Origin: Stylophora pistillata
Lineage: Eukaryota
Length of the DNA: 64,000 nucleotides
Assembly (NCBI RefSeq): GCF_002571385.2
Contig: NW_019218142.1
Location: forward strand, 102,209-166,208
Direction: 5' to 3'
Part shown: positions 60,001 through 64,000 of the stretch, one piece after another
Position numbering within the stretch: position 1 is the stretch's first letter
Layout of the letters: every line of letters starts with the position of its first letter
Position numbers and translations under genes: made by a program
Notes under the pieces: model-generated
Told to the model about the DNA's origin: nothing
The model's database searches: none
The model's input: the letters and a program-made list of their open reading frames with translations, nothing else

Positions 60001-63000
60001 GGAAGCTGGAAAGGAGAATTAGATTTCATATCAGGGGTGAAATGTTAAAACTAAACCTTGAACCACTAAAGGAGCTTTTATTTCATAAATGTATTACAGT
60101 ACTTTACACTTTATCTACAGTATATCTTTTGTGAGAGTTTTTTTTTTCTCTCTCTCTTTGATGAAAGAACAAATTTTGTTTAGTTATGAAAATATTTTTA
60201 CTTTCCTGCCACCAATCTCTGATGTAGCTCATTTAACTCCCGAGATTTGAATTTTAATTCTCCTCCCTAGCTGCAACACTTTTCCTTGTAATTCAGTTGT
60301 AAGAATTTGGTGTTAGTTCAAGATAACTTCTATCGGATAAGCTTGTGGATATTTGGGGGAAGTTACATGTTAATCACTTCTGGCAGCATCAAATGGGTAA
60401 GTCAAGGGTTGGGGTAGTTGAAAAATAAAATGGTAGATTAATAATAACAGTTGTGTTTTTGTTTTTGTTTGTTTGTTTGTTTTTTTTTTGTAGTTCTGCT
60501 AATTGTCTCTCTCAACCTCATGTCATCCAGGTAAGGCATGTGCATCCTTTTTTGCATGAGTCAGTTGACAGTTGTAGTAACATGTAGTGTGTAGAAATCT
60601 CCTTGAAAGTGGACTGAACGTTTTTTCTTTTTTGAGTTTGAGACATAGGACATTTTAAATATAACTCAATTTCTTGCTAAATCCTGACATAGTTACATGT
60701 CATTGCTCACATTTATATCTTTTGAATACTAAATTTGTGTTGATTGCCAGAAAATCTCAATTTTTGTTTCTCTTTCAACAGCTTGACCCAGAAGGACACA
60801 TTGAACGAACAACAGTTATTCGAGTTGTTACTACAGATGATGATGAGTACAAGGTAAGTGAGAACTGACTTTTCTCTTGGATTTAAAGCTCTGAACTTGA
60901 GGAAGAGTTCCACTGTCACCTCTCTCCCAGTGACCACTCTGTAAATTTTGGCTTGGGGTTACCCTTTCCCTTAGTGGAGGTGCAGTAGCCTCGTGGTTGG
61001 TGCACTCGACTCCAGATCGAGTGGTCCGGGTTCAAGCCCCGGCCAGGGACATCGTGTTACGTTCTTAGGCAAGATACTTTACTCTCGCAGTGCTTCTCTC
61101 AACCCAGGTGTATTAAATGGGCACCGGCGAATTTAATACAGGGGGTAACCCTGCGATGGACTAGCATCCCACAGGGGGGGGTAGAATACTCCTAGTTGCT
61201 TCATGCTATGGAAACCGAAGTTAAGTGCCGGCCCGACAAGCCGCATGGCTCTTGAGTAGGCTTTACCTTTACCCTTTCCCTTAAACAACCACTTTGTTCA
61301 TCACTCTTCATCCTTTACTCCCTGTACATCATGATCAGTATCCATTCTCTTGATACTCTTTGTTATTACAAGGAAAATTTGTTAAACAATCAACGCTTCT
61401 TAGGTTGGTTATGATTTCCTTAATTCTCATGATCATAATGAAAGATTTAGCAACAGTTCTGGAGGGAGAAATTAGATACTGGTCACTCTTAGAAGCCAAA
61501 GGGTTAGGGAGTTAAAGGCTGGGTTAATTGGTGTCTACCTTTATATGGGGATCTAGAAGTGAAAGAGAAGAGTGCATATTTACATTTTACATTTTTTTAC
61601 ATTTATGTAACGCAGACTTCTATATGGATATATTCAGTCGCGCTTAACAGTATCGTAAGGTTGAGATCAGATGTCAGCATTTTTATCAGGCGCCTCTGGC
61701 AGCCGCTTCAGTCCATCCCACCCTGGGGAGGAGATCCACCACACAGTAATCTCGTGCATGGGAAATTTACGTCTCTTACCCCTAACCCTGCAGGAGACGG
61801 GACCTACGGCTTTCCGTCTTATCCGAGAAGACGAAGCAATGTGAGTGAAGTGTCTTGCTTAAGGACACAACGTCATGCCCCAGCCAGGACTTGAACCCGG
61901 GCCAACCGACTCAGAGTCCAGCACACTGACCACTGGACTACTCACACCTCCTATGTTACCTCTTAAAGCTAAGAGGACTGCCTTCATTGATTACAGGGTT
62001 CGACACTAACTTTTCAACTTACTAGCCAAGTGGCTGGTGACATCGTAGATACTACAACAATGTCAGTTTGTTTACTAGCCAAACTGGTCAGTGGAAACTG
62101 AAAACCACTAGCCAAAACTGAATTTCTACTAGTCTGTGGCTAGCAGGCTACCGTTAGTGTTGAGCCCTGGATTATAAGTTAAAGGATTTCCTCAATTACA
62201 AGGAGTTGCAACTATATTATAGCCATGTGTCAGATTCTTAAGTGGATTCATTGCAGCGTGCTCTTTGTAATAAGGTTACAGAAGCTTCTCCAGGAAGATA
62301 TGGAGGAAGATGTAATGGCACTGATAACGCGCCAACAGTCATTGTGTCTCCAGGGGATCATCTAAAAGAATATATGATAGCAGATGAATATGATGACAGA
62401 ACACACTCTCCTCCTCCAGTTCTTTTTGATGAGTGAGTCTGCATTTTCTTGTGTTGCTGACATTGTTACCTTTGGTGATAACTGTATTGTAGGGAAATAA
62501 AATCCTACCTAGCTCCAGTCGAAGAGCACCAGACTGCTGTGCTAGAGTTCAAGGGATCAAGCTCTAGACTGAACCAACGGATCTTAAAAAAACTGAAGAG
62601 ATTGTGCTGCCTTTGCTTTCAATTGATATCTGCAAATAGTTGGAGATTCTAGTCTTCTGAGATAAGGACAATAAGCCCTAGGCCCACGGCTGTGGTCTAG
62701 CAGCGCCCGGTGGCCCCTTGCGCCTTACTTTTGCTCTTGGGCAACTCAGGAATCTTAGTTTTTTCATATAAAGCATATGCAGGGCACCCTGGATTTCACA
62801 GTTTCAGTGCACTGGGCTCCCTTTAATTTTTCTTAGAGCACAGCCTTGCCTAGGCCCCCCCTCCCCCTGCTTAGTGTTTTAAACTGCATTAGAGCATATT
62901 AAAATGGAGTAGGCACATGCACTGTACAAAATATTGAATGCATCATTATTATGAACAGTTTCAAATTCTTTTCATCCAGGACTGAACCAAACGTAAGCAG

Positions 63001-63405
63001 TGCAAGGGAGACTCGCAAAGCTGAGTAAGTACAAAACAAATAATCGTTTATTTTTCTTTCACCTGTTTGCCTCTTGTGTTTAAATTGACCTTAAAGTTGA
63101 CCATCACTTTATCGTTTTGTAGTAAAACAGATCATATGAAAAGGAGAAGAATCCACAAATGTGATTATGAAGGATGCTCCAAAGTTTACACCAAAAGCTC
63201 ACATCTCAAGGCTCATAGGCGCACCCACACCGGAGAGAAACCTTACAAATGTTCCTGGGAAGGTTGCGCATGGCGCTTTGCTCGCTCAGATGAACTTACA
63301 AGACACTACAGAAAACATACTGGTGCAAAGCCATTTAAATGTGCGCACTGTGACAGGTGCTTTTCAAGATCAGATCACTTGTCACTTCACATGAAGCGCC
63401 ACTAA
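57013..63405 (+). CDS. Kruppel-like factor (three C2H2 zinc fingers), ~251 aa, 7 exons
   Basis: Exons 57013-57115, 57242-57281, 60494-60530, 60782-60853, 62257-62432, 62980-63024 and 63123-63405 are phase-consistent (756 nt). Canonical KLF fingers [23 protein letters not shown] and [10 protein letters not shown]. The subfamily is ambiguous (KLF3/8/12-like finger 1, KLF6/7-like finger 3), so no symbol is given. The N-terminal exons are less certain than the finger exon. Confidence 0.9.
60974..61268 (+). mobile_element. Full-length tRNA-derived SINE (Nin/Deu-like central domain) with a 15-bp TSD
   Basis: A box tagcctcgtggttgg and B box GGTTCAAGCCC. Body cccaggtgtattaaatgggcaccggcgaa..gggggtaaccctgcgatggactagcatccc. 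TSD ttaccctttccctta at 60959-60973 and 61269-61283. Confidence 0.85.
61578..61952 (-). mobile_element. Full-length tRNA-derived SINE sharing its central domain with 33632-33995
   Basis: Minus-strand head tagtccagtggtcagtgtgctggac..GGTTCAAGTCC, the shared core, and an L2-like tail ending in (aatgta)n. Confidence 0.75.
61994..62169. mobile_element. hAT-like MITE with a 5-bp TSD
   Basis: CAGGGTTCGACACTAAC...GTTAGTGTTGAGCCCTG, flanked by gatta on both sides. Confidence 0.7.
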
Positions 63406-64000
63406 ATTAGTGTGCAAAAAGGCTCTGCAGGGAATGACATTTTACCAGTGAACACTGCCAAGAAAGCCAGCCTATTTTGTAGAATGGAGCCTTTTCTTCC
63501 TGGAGCCACAAGGAAGAAGGATGCTGTTGATACATCCAGTTTTTAGTTGTTCTTTTGTCACTGTGTACAGCTGGAGCAACACATGTCAAATTTGTAAATA
63601 TAGAATTCTATCCTCTGTGATACTAAGTGCTTCCTGTAGATGTGGAACCCTGTGGCATCAAGAGAATGGTTACAAAGCTGAAGCAGTGGTGGATTCCTAC
63701 TTCAGTTGTGTAAACCTGCAATTCATGCTAGTATGGCTGTGTTATTATTGCCATAAATTTGCCATGATGATAGCAAGCTGAAGGTTATCCTGCAACTGAG
63801 TTATCTCGTGACATGTTGTATCACTTCATTTGGCTATATATTGGAGCATTTGGAAAGTCCTCTACACCTATCCAGAATTCAAGCTAAATGTCATCTTTAA
63901 AATGGATGGATGGAGTGGCACATTGTTACTACACTTCAGTATGTTTTTATTGTGGATTGAAGCTCTTCAAAAGCCCTCTGCACTTTTCAAGTTTTCTCTA

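Overview
Eukaryotic, intron-rich, AT-rich animal genomic DNA. The SINE, MITE and Penelope repeat families suggest a cnidarian, probably a stony coral (inference). The ORF track mostly captures exon fragments, so gene models were spliced by hand and checked for phase. Eight protein-coding genes are supported: UCHL3-like deubiquitinase (-, last exon off the left edge); a PAM17-family mitochondrial import-motor gene (+, head-to-head with UCHL3); an ~803-aa orphan single-pass membrane protein (-, 11 exons); an MTMR6/7/8 myotubularin with a C-terminal FYVE domain (-); NUP58 (+, head-to-head with the myotubularin); CCDC134 (+, with a U12-type intron); AGK (-); and a KLF zinc-finger factor (+). Introns contain a decayed L2 LINE, tRNA-derived SINEs, MITEs, Penelope-like inverted remnants and one intact type I hammerhead ribozyme. 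Two gap-flanking duplications look like assembly or haplotype artefacts. Most notable: an intron-containing animal homolog of Pam17 (a family characterised in fungi), an intact hammerhead ribozyme antisense in a UCHL3 intron, and an unannotated receptor-like protein with a Cys/His cluster and an intronic antisense copy of its own splice acceptor.
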